This document shows, one piece after another, positions 39,412-48,509 of a stretch of 56,330 nt of DNA. A program made the position numbers and the translations under genes. The stretch lies in NCBI GenBank assembly GCA_964015995.1, contig CAXHFH010000001.1:1-56330 (forward strand). Reading direction: 5' to 3'. The stretch comes from an uncultured Alphaproteobacteria bacterium (GTDB lineage Bacteria; Pseudomonadota; Alphaproteobacteria; Micavibrionales; Micavibrionaceae). Positions within the stretch are counted from its first letter, which is position 1, and every line of letters begins with the position of its first letter. Under the pieces are notes generated by a model, which worked only from the letters and a program-made list of their open reading frames with translations, was not told where the DNA came from and searched no databases.

Positions 39412-39954
39412 ATGATAGACAAAGAAAGACTACATAAGCTGCAGGGGGTGCTTAGTGTCGCCGCTGAAGTATTAGAAGAGCCTGAAAGAAAGCCAACCTT
39501 TAGAATTGATCATTATCAACTAGATAAGGATGATTTGATTGGCTCATACAAAAAACGGTTTCTAGAAAGATTAAAAAGATTAGATGAGATATCAAAATCC
39601 ATAAGTCCTGATATTGAGCAGTATGAATATGCTGATGATATAATTAAGAGGCATTATTTTTCAGAAATGCTCCAAATCAGACATGGACGCAGTTGGCTTA
39701 ACGATAAAATCTATTTAGAGCTTTTAGGTAAGTGTACCAATGGCGAAGTAATAGCGTGGAGAATTATGGATGAGATTTGTATGTTGTGTGATTATTCTTT
39801 TGAAGAGTTGAATATTTACAAATCTTCTGATGGGCACTGGGAAGGTGACTTAATTTTTATTCCATGTAAAAGCATCGGAGACTATTTAGTTTTATTTCTG
39901 GGGGAAATGACAGAAGAGTACAGATCAAGTGGTTACAGAAACCCCATGCTTTAG
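39412..39954 (+). CDS. Hypothetical protein (180 aa); C-terminal half faintly SUKH/SMI1-KNR4-like
   Basis: ORF with the ATG at 39412; the track uses the GTG at 39358. WEGDLIFIPCKSIGDYLVLFLGE resembles the SUKH motif ...LIPFA.DGGGDYLCLD... . AT-rich. Confidence 0.45.
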   Translation: MIDKERLHKLQGVLSVAAEVLEEPERKPTFRIDHYQLDKDDLIGSYKKRFLERLKRLDEISKSISPDIEQYEYADDIIKRHYFSEMLQIRHGRSWLNDKIYLELLGKCTNGEVIAWRIMDEICMLCDYSFEELNIYKSSDGHWEGDLIFIPCKSIGDYLVLFLGEMTEEYRSSGYRNPML

Positions 39955-39970
39955 GAGTATAACCAAAACA

Positions 39971-40008
39971 AAAAAGCTCCTCTAGGTTGCCCTAGAGAAG
40001 CTTTTGTT
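39971..40008 (+). terminator. Rho-independent terminator (structurally bidirectional)
   Basis: aaaaAGCTCCTCTAGGttgcCCTAGAGAAGCTtttgtt: a 12-bp stem with one mismatch, a tetraloop, then a T-run. An A-run on the 5' side would serve the minus strand. Confidence 0.75.
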
Positions 40009-40435
40009 CATATCCTTTGACAGATACAAAGATGAAGGTGTGGATAGAGGCTTCGTGAGGTTTTATCCTCAAGGGAAGCAACCATCGTGATCAACTTCCA
40101 TCCTTCGTCCTATCTGCTGCGTCTTCCAACTATCAAACAGACCAAAATGTTTAACCACTCTGGTACGTATCCCGAAAAATTAGGCGCTCCCGAAGGGCAG
40201 ACCTAAAGGCCCAAAATACAGTTAGACTTAACCTTCTTAAGTAACCTTCCTGATCACTCCCATAACCGTCAAACAAAACCGAAGTAGTGTTAGCCACGCT
40301 ATGTACGAAATCTGGCTACTCATTTGTGGGTAAACCCACTTATTTAAGGAATGTATCCTTGAATGATTTGAATATGCGACGATTCTTCCGTCTGATCAAG
40401 TGTTTTTTTAAATTTTTTTTATATATTTCAATACC
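40009..40435. other. ORF-free, strand-asymmetric (C much more frequent than G on the plus strand) segment: candidate minus-strand ncRNA or decayed gene
   Basis: No ORF of 60 aa or more on either strand. My hand translation of the minus strand hits stops in all three frames. My hand count for 40061-40300 gives G=37 and C=70 of 240 nt. Local hairpins include two UUCG-containing loops on the minus strand. Confidence 0.35.
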
Positions 40436-40713
40436 TTAACTTATAAACAGAGTGTTCGTATCAAAAGCATTTGAAACCCTGCGCGCACGAGTCTTATCCA
40501 CAAAATGTGCATAACTTTGTGAGCGGTCATGGTTATAAAATTTACGGAAGTAGATCGTATTTCTATATGAGTCGGAACAAAAATAAAAGGCAAAAAGAGA
40601 ATCGATTCTTACTTTTTTCACAGCTTTCTTGACATGATTATAAGTGTAGTTGGTTTTTTTTAGTAATTGATAGTATGTTGATGCACAGTATGTGTGGTCA
40701 AAAGGTTTGAAAT

Positions 40714-41280
40714 ATGAAAAAGATTCATGTTTTCATCGGTATATATATCTGTTTTTTATTTATTGCTTACTTAGCCTATTGGCAGAGTGCTTACAGCATC
40801 AAGCATTTTTCTATGCAGTTTAATTACCAAAATGAATTGACAGTTAGCTTGTGCAACCCGACCAACAACAGCATGGCATTTTACGATGGTTTAGGGTTTG
40901 GCCAAAACACTGGTTTTCTGGATAATTATGTTTTTCACATCACATATAAAACGTCCGCTGGCGAAGTTGTCACTTTAAAGAAAGCACAGCCGGGCAGTCC
41001 CGGGATGCCTTCTGCGAATATCAAAAAAGGGAACATAACCGCAGGGGAATGTTTGCGTAAAAAGGATAATATAAAAAATTATCTTGCTCGATTAGAAACG
41101 AAACTCAATAAGACCGCAAGAATGCGTAGTGCAGAGGAAATTGAGATTACTGCATTTCGTGTAAGGGTTGTCGTTTATAAATATTACAGTTCTTATATTC
41201 AAATCGGGGCTAAATCGTTTGAAAGTCCGTGGTTTGATTTAGCGTCTAATTCTGCACCTGTGCAGAAATCTGGTTTCTAA
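40714..41280 (+). CDS. Hypothetical membrane-anchored or secreted protein (188 aa)
   Basis: N-terminal hydrophobic segment MKKIHVFIGIYICFLFIAYLAYW and an AT-rich sequence. Its 3' end overlaps miaA by 35 nt (convergent). Confidence 0.5.
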   Translation: MKKIHVFIGIYICFLFIAYLAYWQSAYSIKHFSMQFNYQNELTVSLCNPTNNSMAFYDGLGFGQNTGFLDNYVFHITYKTSAGEVVTLKKAQPGSPGMPSANIKKGNITAGECLRKKDNIKNYLARLETKLNKTARMRSAEEIEITAFRVRVVVYKYYSSYIQIGAKSFESPWFDLASNSAPVQKSGF

Positions 41281-42142
41281 ACCACGTCACTTGTTGTTTG
41301 GCATATCGCCGTGTTCGTGCCTGCGCTTTTTCAATAGCTTCGTTTTTTGTCATTTCACCTTTTATAAAGGATAGCATTTCCCGGTAGCCGAGCGCCTTTA
41401 ACAGTGGCACATTGTGGTGTACATCACCATCCTCAACGCGCTTGGCGAAGGCTTCGGTTTCTTCAAGTGCGCCGTTATCCAGCATCCAAAGAAAACGATC
41501 ATTACAACGCTGATGCAGGACAGGGCGATCCGGTATAATCACATCTATTTGAAAATCCCAATACTCTGGCGGGCCTATGCGTGAAAGGTTTTGCCATTCG
41601 GACAAGCTCTTCCCTGTTGCTTCCAGAACTTCCCATGCCCTGACAAGGCGCGCCGTATGGAATGGGTGAAAGCGTTCAGCCATGACGGGGTCGCGTTTTT
41701 CTAACTCGGCATGAAAGGCTGGATTGCCGAGTTTTTGATGTAAGGCCATTGTCGCATCACGGACATCTTGCGGAATATCAGGCATGGGCGATAAGCCGTC
41801 TGTGAGTGCCTTAATGTACAGCCCCGATCCGCCGACAATAATGGGTGTTTTATTTTGCTCCAGAACATCATGTATGACGGGCTCAACCAATTCACGCCAG
41901 TTGCCTGCAGAACATGCTTCATTCGGGTGTAAATGGCTGTATAGGAGGTGAGGGGCTTGTTTAAGATCATTTTCAGGTGGCTGCGCGGTTAATATATGTA
42001 GGCCGTCATATATTTGCATAGAGTCACAGTTGATAATCACACCATCAAGCGTCTCGGCAAGCTCAAGCGCTTTTGCGGACTTTCCGCTTGCCGTGGGGCC
42101 GGCAATAATGTGTATTGTTTGCTTGTCGTTATCCTGTGCCAT
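41246..42142 (-). CDS. miaA: tRNA dimethylallyltransferase
   Basis: P-loop GPTASGKS, ...DSMQIYDGLHILTAQP... and full-length MiaA architecture. Confidence 0.9.
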   Translation of the reverse strand: MAQDNDKQTIHIIAGPTASGKSAKALELAETLDGVIINCDSMQIYDGLHILTAQPPENDLKQAPHLLYSHLHPNEACSAGNWRELVEPVIHDVLEQNKTPIIVGGSGLYIKALTDGLSPMPDIPQDVRDATMALHQKLGNPAFHAELEKRDPVMAERFHPFHTARLVRAWEVLEATGKSLSEWQNLSRIGPPEYWDFQIDVIIPDRPVLHQRCNDRFLWMLDNGALEETEAFAKRVEDGDVHHNVPLLKALGYREMLSFIKGEMTKNEAIEKAQARTRRYAKQQVTWFRNQISAQVQN

Positions 42143-42193
42143 AATGCGCGGATTATAATCACATAGATCTTAAAAAGAGAAGAAAGATTTCGT

Positions 42194-43093
42194 ATGTCGG
42201 TGCATGAAGATCATACAGGCAAAGCGATTATGCTCTCTATTATGGCGTTTGCATGCTTCTCAATCAGTGATGGTTTGCGAAAATATATGGCACTGGATTT
42301 TGATGTACCGGATATTCTTCTCTGGCAAGCGATATTCGGCATTGTCATTATACTTATGGCGACACCGTTTCAGGGAGGCGTGAGCAGATTATTCAATGCA
42401 CAGACAATCAAGTTACAATTTTTACGCGGTGTATTGATTGCTACGAATACGAGCTTTTCCCTGATGGCGATTAGCCGCATTCCTATTGTTGATGCTTATA
42501 CGATCTTTTTCTTAACGCCATTTTTTGTAACTTTAATGGGCGCTGTTTTTTTTAAGGAGACGATCGGGAAATTTAGAATCCTATCCATCCTGTGCGGTTT
42601 TTTCGGTGCGTTCGTAGCCTTTCGTCCGGGATTTCAAGAGCTTAATCCAGCTTATCTTTACGCCTTTGTTTGTGTTTTTACATTCTCATCATCCAGTATT
42701 CTTGCGCGTTTTATTGGGCGTTCCCATGGGTTACTTCCATTCGCATTCTGGCCGTTTGTGTGTTTAATAATCGGTCTTCTGGTTTATCAAGGCGGACAGG
42801 TCGCCTTTGATTTCCCTGTGCGTTTTTATGCGTATATGGCGATTATGGGGGCGGCCTATGGTGCGGCAATGCTAATGATTGCCTACAGCTTTACCTTGGC
42901 GCCGGCGTCTGTCCTCGCGCCATACCAATATGTTCAAATTATATTTGCCTTGGGGTTTGGGTATTTTCTGTTCGGCCATGTGCCTGACGGATTTAAAATA
43001 TTAGGATCCAGTATTATTGTGGGTGCAGGTATTTTTCTTTTTGCGCGTGAACGAAGATTGGAAAAGAAAAAAAGAAGCTCCACATTACTATGA
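42194..43093 (+). CDS. EamA/DMT-family transporter (copy 3)
   Basis: Ten TM helices with the duplicated EamA pattern. Confidence 0.8.
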   Translation: MSVHEDHTGKAIMLSIMAFACFSISDGLRKYMALDFDVPDILLWQAIFGIVIILMATPFQGGVSRLFNAQTIKLQFLRGVLIATNTSFSLMAISRIPIVDAYTIFFLTPFFVTLMGAVFFKETIGKFRILSILCGFFGAFVAFRPGFQELNPAYLYAFVCVFTFSSSSILARFIGRSHGLLPFAFWPFVCLIIGLLVYQGGQVAFDFPVRFYAYMAIMGAAYGAAMLMIAYSFTLAPASVLAPYQYVQIIFALGFGYFLFGHVPDGFKILGSSIIVGAGIFLFARERRLEKKKRSSTLL

Positions 43094-43130
43094 GAGCTTC
43101 CTTTGAAAACTTATAACAGATTGTCTTGAT

Positions 43131-44603
43131 TTATAGGCGTAAGGCAACAAACCTGACGTTACCTGCATCATTCACAAGTAATAGAACAGATTTACGACCG
43201 TTCTTTTGTGCCTTATCAATAACATCAACCACTTCTTGAGGCTCTGAAACGGTTTGTTGATTAATCTCAACGATCACATTGCCTTCCTGTAATCCTTTTT
43301 TGCCCGCTTCAGCCATAGGATCAACCTTACTGATTAGGACGCCGTTAATAGAATTTGGGATGCCATACTCATCACGCAATGGATTATCGAGTGGTTTTAG
43401 TGTGAAGCCCACAGCATCAACATCGACGCCCGTGCCTTGTGACTTTGGCGTTGTTTTGAGAAGACCTTCTTCCTCCGCCTTTTCCAATTCGCCAATCACA
43501 ACTTCGGTCATATGTTCTTTACCATCGCGCCAGTATTTTACTGAGGCTTTGCTGCCAATTTCATGTTCCGCAACAATGCGCGGTAGCATTTTCATTTCTT
43601 TAATGCCTTGGCTGTCAATCTCTAGGATAATATCACCAGCTTGTAGACCCGCTGCCTTGGATGGGCCGTGCTCATTGATGCTAGCCACCAATGCGCCGCG
43701 TGCATCTTCTAAGCCAAGGCTTTCCGCGATTTCATCGGTCACTGTTTGGATGCGTACACCAAGCCAGCCGCGACGTGTTTTACCGTATTTGATGATTTGG
43801 TGAATGACAGGTCCGGCTAAGGCGGATGGAATGGCAAAACCAATTCCAACAGAACCACCTGTGGGGCTGAAAATTGCGGTGTTGATACCGATGACTTCGC
43901 CGTTCATATTAAACAATGGACCACCAGAGTTACCGCGGTTAATGGATGCGTCAGTTTGTAAATAATCGTCATAAGGGCCAGTGTTAATATCGCGGGCACG
44001 CGCTGAAACGATACCTGCGGTTACTGTACCGCCCAATCCGAACGGGTTACCAATCGCAAGTGTCCAGTCACCAACACGTAAAACGTTACTGTCCCCGAAA
44101 GTGACTGCGGTTAGTTTGATGGCTGTTGCGTCAACCTGAAGAACGGCAATATCTGTTTTCTCATCCGTGCCGATTAGTTTTGCATCAACGGTCACATCAT
44201 CAACAAAAGTCACGCGGATGTCTTCAGCATCACGCACAACGTGATTATTGGTTATGATGTACCCGTTTTGTGCATCAATGATAAAGCCGGATCCGAGTGA
44301 TGATGCGGGGATAGAAGGCATGCCACCGCCGCGTCTGCGGTTAAAATCTTCAAAGAAATCTTTGAAAGGGGAGCCTTCAGGAAATTCAGGCATCTCCGGA
44401 AAATCCTGTGGCACGGTTGTTTTTTGTGTGGATGAGATGTTCACCACAGCAGGAGAGAGGCGTGCGGCCAAATCTGCGAAACTGGCGGGGATCATGTGCA
44501 CGCTAGCTTCGGGTGCAGGAGATTTCGAAAGTGCCGGTGTCGTATCAGAGATAAGTAAAGTCAATGAAAGGCAAAATGCCAAAGTTACATAAGCAATTCG
44601 CAT
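43131..44603 (-). CDS. degP: Periplasmic serine endoprotease DegP/HtrA (two PDZ domains)
   Basis: Signal peptide, trypsin-like domain with TNNHVV, DIAVLQV and GNSGGPLFN, followed by two PDZ domains. Confidence 0.9.
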   Translation of the reverse strand: MRIAYVTLAFCLSLTLLISDTTPALSKSPAPEASVHMIPASFADLAARLSPAVVNISSTQKTTVPQDFPEMPEFPEGSPFKDFFEDFNRRRGGGMPSIPASSLGSGFIIDAQNGYIITNNHVVRDAEDIRVTFVDDVTVDAKLIGTDEKTDIAVLQVDATAIKLTAVTFGDSNVLRVGDWTLAIGNPFGLGGTVTAGIVSARARDINTGPYDDYLQTDASINRGNSGGPLFNMNGEVIGINTAIFSPTGGSVGIGFAIPSALAGPVIHQIIKYGKTRRGWLGVRIQTVTDEIAESLGLEDARGALVASINEHGPSKAAGLQAGDIILEIDSQGIKEMKMLPRIVAEHEIGSKASVKYWRDGKEHMTEVVIGELEKAEEEGLLKTTPKSQGTGVDVDAVGFTLKPLDNPLRDEYGIPNSINGVLISKVDPMAEAGKKGLQEGNVIVEINQQTVSEPQEVVDVIDKAQKNGRKSVLLLVNDAGNVRFVALRL

Positions 44604-44632
44604 GGTAAAATGCTCCTCTTTTTAGTTTTTTA

Positions 44633-45586
44633 CTAGTCTTTGAAATGTTTAAAAAACGCACTGTCAGGCGAAAGAATTAAACGCGTTTCAGGATTGGCCA
44701 TCGTCTTTTTATAGGCTTCCATAGAACGGATGAAGGAATAAAATTCCTGATCAACATTAAATGCCTTGGCATATATACGTATGGCTTCTTTATCGCCTTC
44801 CCCTTTAAGGATCTCTGCGTCACGCATGGCTTCAGCCAGAAGGATTGTTTTTTCCTTTTCCGCTGTAGACCTGATTTCGAGCGCACGCTCACCACCTTTT
44901 GAACGGCGTTCGGTTGCACGCTCGTTCAATTGTGATTTCATCTGGCGTACAGTTGATGCACGCAATTCATCTGTAAGATCAGCACGTACAATGCGGACAT
45001 CGACAATTTCGATACCTAATTGGTCATCTTGAATTTTCTTGTTCACGCGCTCACGAATCTTAGCCATGATCTCTGTGCGCTCTTCTGACAAAATTTCGCT
45101 CAATGTTGTTTCACCAAGCACAGCGCGGGTCGAACCATTCAAAATGCTTTCGATACGTGAATTAGCGTTACGGATTGTCACAAGCGTTTTTAAGAACTGT
45201 AGGGGTTGTGTGATTTTATAACGTGCGAAAGTATCGACGATGATAGGCTCACCACTGACATTTTCAATGCTTGGGCCTTCATCTACACTTTCTTCACCAT
45301 CTTCTGATGTTTCCTGATCTTTTTTAACTGCACGCTCCACGTGAGAGCTAGATATAACGACAGGCTCAGCTTGCGGATCGATGGATAAAACGCGGCTGTC
45401 GAAATAGCGTACGTCTTGTACAAACGGCATTTTGAAATGTAGTCCCGGGCCTCTTGGTTCACCTTTTGGTTGACCAAGTTGTAGGACAATCGCTTGTTCA
45501 CGTTGATCGACAGTGAAAAAGCTTTGAGAGCCGATAATGAGTGCGGCTGCTATAACAATAAATAAAGAGACTGCTTTAATATTCAT
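44633..45586 (-). CDS. hflC: Protease modulator HflC (SPFH/band 7)
   Basis: N-terminal TM anchor and an SPFH domain. It is paired with hflK immediately upstream. Confidence 0.85.
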   Translation of the reverse strand: MNIKAVSLFIVIAAALIIGSQSFFTVDQREQAIVLQLGQPKGEPRGPGLHFKMPFVQDVRYFDSRVLSIDPQAEPVVISSSHVERAVKKDQETSEDGEESVDEGPSIENVSGEPIIVDTFARYKITQPLQFLKTLVTIRNANSRIESILNGSTRAVLGETTLSEILSEERTEIMAKIRERVNKKIQDDQLGIEIVDVRIVRADLTDELRASTVRQMKSQLNERATERRSKGGERALEIRSTAEKEKTILLAEAMRDAEILKGEGDKEAIRIYAKAFNVDQEFYSFIRSMEAYKKTMANPETRLILSPDSAFFKHFKD

Positions 45587-45598
45587 GTGTTCGTTCCT

Positions 45599-46768
45599 TT
45601 ATCTTTGTGTCTTTTTATTGAGTTCATTTAAGGGCAGGTAGGGGACAACACCACTACCGTTGCCATTGCCGTCCATAATAATTTTCTCGGCGTTGCTTAG
45701 AACGTCTTCCATGGTTTCGATGTAAATACGTTCTTTGGTTACATCTTTTCCACTCAAGTAGGCTTGATAGATTGAACGGAAACGATCTGCATCACCAGTG
45801 GATTGTGCAATTTTGGACTGTTTGTATGCCTCTGCTTCTTGAAGAAGTTTAATGGCTCTACCACGTGCTTCGGGAAGAATTTGCTCTCTATAGGCACGGG
45901 CAATGTTTTCAGTATCTTCGGCATCTTGTCGTGCAGACTGAACATCTTGGAATGCCTGTTGAACATCTGGGTGCACTTCTGCCTTTTGAATCAAAACCTG
46001 TTTGATGTTTACGCCTGAATTATATTCATCAAGGTTCGACTGGATGATTTCTTTAACCTTGGCTTCGATTTGTGTTCTGCCGGTTGTGATAATCGGAAAC
46101 ATGTCCGTTTGTCCAACAACTTCGCGAATGGCGCTTTCGGCAACTTTCTTAATCGTGTTTTCCTGATCCTGAATTTCAAAAAGGAAATCTTCGGCGGATT
46201 TAATGTCCCACTGTAAGGCCATTTGTAAATCAACGATATTGCGGTCAGACGTCAACATCAAGCTTTCATCATGCACGACTTGTTTAACAGATGTGCTGCT
46301 CCCGCGTTTATACGGAGCTGATTCCGTATAGCCAATGGTCATGCTGCGTTGTTGGTTTACATTGAGTTTTGTGATTGTTTCGATCGGTGCGGGGAAGTGA
46401 TATCCCAGACCTTCTGCATCTTGTGTTCTTGATAATGCGCCGAATCTTTGTATAACGCCGTGTTCACCGGGGTTTACGATATGAAAACCACTGGCGAGCC
46501 AGAGCAGAATAATAATGCCAATAAGCAAAATAATGGCAAATCCGCCATTCATGTTACCGGGTAGAATATCGCGCAAGCCATCTTGTGCGTTTTTGATAAT
46601 GTCATCAAAATCTTTCGGGTCGTTCCCACGACCGCCACCACCACGGTTTCCACCGCCGCCAGAGCCACCCCATGGATTATCACGGCCTTTGCGTCCATCG
46701 CCATTATTGCCAGAAGTATTTCCCCACGGGTTACCTCTTTTTTTGCCTGAATCGTTATCCTGAGACAT
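45599..46768 (-). CDS. hflK: Protease modulator HflK (SPFH/band 7)
   Basis: The start is taken at MSQDNDSGKK. The Gly/Asn/Arg-rich N-terminus (GGSGGGGNRGGGGRGNDP), TM helix and SPFH domain are typical of HflK. Confidence 0.85.
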   Translation of the reverse strand: MSQDNDSGKKRGNPWGNTSGNNGDGRKGRDNPWGGSGGGGNRGGGGRGNDPKDFDDIIKNAQDGLRDILPGNMNGGFAIILLIGIIILLWLASGFHIVNPGEHGVIQRFGALSRTQDAEGLGYHFPAPIETITKLNVNQQRSMTIGYTESAPYKRGSSTSVKQVVHDESLMLTSDRNIVDLQMALQWDIKSAEDFLFEIQDQENTIKKVAESAIREVVGQTDMFPIITTGRTQIEAKVKEIIQSNLDEYNSGVNIKQVLIQKAEVHPDVQQAFQDVQSARQDAEDTENIARAYREQILPEARGRAIKLLQEAEAYKQSKIAQSTGDADRFRSIYQAYLSGKDVTKERIYIETMEDVLSNAEKIIMDGNGNGSGVVPYLPLNELNKKTQR

Positions 46769-46862
46769 AAAATATCCATTTTCTTGTTGACGTTTGGTAC
46801 GGAGTAACAATATCTCTTTTCTAACGGAAAGCAAGTCTTACCACCCTAAAATAGGCAATGTT

Positions 46863-47951
46863 ATGCGCAAAAATAATAATCAATCTTTACACGACAATAT
46901 AATGCAATCGCTCAAGGGGATTGTTGATGTTAAAAAGCTGTCCGGATTGCAGATTGATGGTAAAGGGAATGTCATTATTCCCATAGAGGTTGATCCCGCG
47001 CAAGGCAGTGCGATGGAAGACATGCGTCAGGCAGTTGAGCAAACAGTGTCTAAAATAAAGGGTGTTAAAAAGGTTACGGCTATTTTAACGGCTGAACAAG
47101 AACCATCAACAGAGGCAAATCAGAACCAAGGGCGACGCATGCCCGATCCACATGGCATGAATAAAAATCCACCCGTGGATGTACCGGCCAAACATATTAT
47201 TGTGGTGGCGTCAGGTAAGGGCGGCGTGGGGAAGTCGACTATTTCTGCTAATATCGCGGCCAGCCTTGCAAATAAGTATGGCAAAAAAGTGGGGCTACTG
47301 GATGCAGATATCTATGGGCCGTCGCAGCCTGTCATGATGGGGGATGAAGCCTACAAGCCGACATTGAATGATCAAAAGCAAATGATTCCTGCGGAGAAGC
47401 ATGGCCTTAAAATTATGTCGATTGGCTTTATCGCCGACAGTACCAAGGCGCTTGTATGGCGTGGGCCGATGGTGCAAACGGCCTTTTACCAGATGCTCCG
47501 CGATGTTGCGTGGGGCACACAAGATGGTCCGCTTGATTATCTTGTCATCGACCTCCCACCCGGCACCGGAGATGTGCAGCTTACACTTGCACAAAAGGTG
47601 CGTGTGTCTGGTGCGGTGATTATTTCTACGCCGCAAGATATCGCCTTGATTGATGCGCGCCGTGCGGTTGAGATGTTCGAAAAAACGGGCGTGCCTGTGT
47701 TGGGATTGGTTGAGAATATGAGCACGCATATATGTTCTAACTGTGGTCATGAAGAGCATATATTTGGTCATGGCGGTGCGGAAGATGAAGCCAAAACCTT
47801 AGGGATTCCATTCCTCGGGGCGGTGCCATTATCAAAAGACGTACGCGAACACTCAGATGCGGGCACACCGATTGTGCTGTCTGAAGGTGAGGTCAGTAGC
47901 GCCAAGAGTATGAATGATATTGTGCAGAAAATTATTGACGATCTAACGTGA
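46863..47951 (+). CDS. apbC: Mrp/ApbC/NBP35-family Fe-S cluster carrier ATPase
   Basis: Deviant Walker A SGKGGVGKST and the CSNCGHE CxxC motif. The start codon is uncertain. Confidence 0.85.
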   Translation: MRKNNNQSLHDNIMQSLKGIVDVKKLSGLQIDGKGNVIIPIEVDPAQGSAMEDMRQAVEQTVSKIKGVKKVTAILTAEQEPSTEANQNQGRRMPDPHGMNKNPPVDVPAKHIIVVASGKGGVGKSTISANIAASLANKYGKKVGLLDADIYGPSQPVMMGDEAYKPTLNDQKQMIPAEKHGLKIMSIGFIADSTKALVWRGPMVQTAFYQMLRDVAWGTQDGPLDYLVIDLPPGTGDVQLTLAQKVRVSGAVIISTPQDIALIDARRAVEMFEKTGVPVLGLVENMSTHICSNCGHEEHIFGHGGAEDEAKTLGIPFLGAVPLSKDVREHSDAGTPIVLSEGEVSSAKSMNDIVQKIIDDLT

Positions 47952-48450
47952 TAAAACTGTATGGCGGATCATGATCGAGATGATCTTCGCGGCCTGTTTC
48001 TTGCCATTCATGCTCATCGAATAATGGAAAAAACGCATCGCCTTCCACGGATTTATGAACTTTTGTGATGTGCAGGCGATCGGCGAAAGCCAGGCTTTGT
48101 GTATAGATTTGCGCGCCACCAATGATAAAAAACTCTTTAAGGTCATTTTTCGTGGCGATATGTTCGGCTTCGATGATCGCAGCTTCTAGGGTGTTGTAGA
48201 TATGAACGTCATGATCTGTTTCATAATCAGAACGACTGATCACAATGTTGGTGCGTCCGGGCAGGGGTTTGTTCAAATATCCTAAAATTGATTCAAATGT
48301 TTTACGTCCCATGATTACGGGATGATCCATTGTCAGGGATTTGAATCGTTTGAGGTCATCAGAAATATGCCACGGCATTTGGTTGTTTTTACCAATACAA
48401 TGATTTTCGGACATAGCCACAATGATGGATGTTTTTATTTTATCAGTCAT
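47932..48450 (-). CDS. folA: Dihydrofolate reductase
   Basis: IIVAMSENHCIGKNNQMPWHISDDLKRFKSLTMDHPVIMGRKTFESI. The product is 172 aa. The gene overlaps the end of apbC by 20 nt (convergent). Confidence 0.9.
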   Translation of the reverse strand: MTDKIKTSIIVAMSENHCIGKNNQMPWHISDDLKRFKSLTMDHPVIMGRKTFESILGYLNKPLPGRTNIVISRSDYETDHDVHIYNTLEAAIIEAEHIATKNDLKEFFIIGGAQIYTQSLAFADRLHITKVHKSVEGDAFFPLFDEHEWQETGREDHLDHDPPYSFITLDRQ

Positions 48451-48509
48451 AGAAAATTAACACACTGATTCTGGTGTTATTGCAAGTTAAAGCAGAGGAG
48501 GGCTAAGAG

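Noticed and set aside
40009-40435. Idea that the ORF-free segment is a CsrB/RsmZ-like sponge, based on about 12 GGA motifs on the minus strand.
   Set aside because: About 9 GGA motifs would be expected by chance at this G-rich strand composition. The motifs are not consistently in hairpin loops or in the A(N)GGA context. I see no csrA gene in the window.
40436-40621. 61-aa minus-strand ORF (GTG start) in the accessory islet.
   Set aside because: It has a GTG start without a convincing SD, an odd composition and sits just above the length cut-off. It cannot be distinguished from chance in AT-rich DNA. I kept it only as part of the ORF-poor region.
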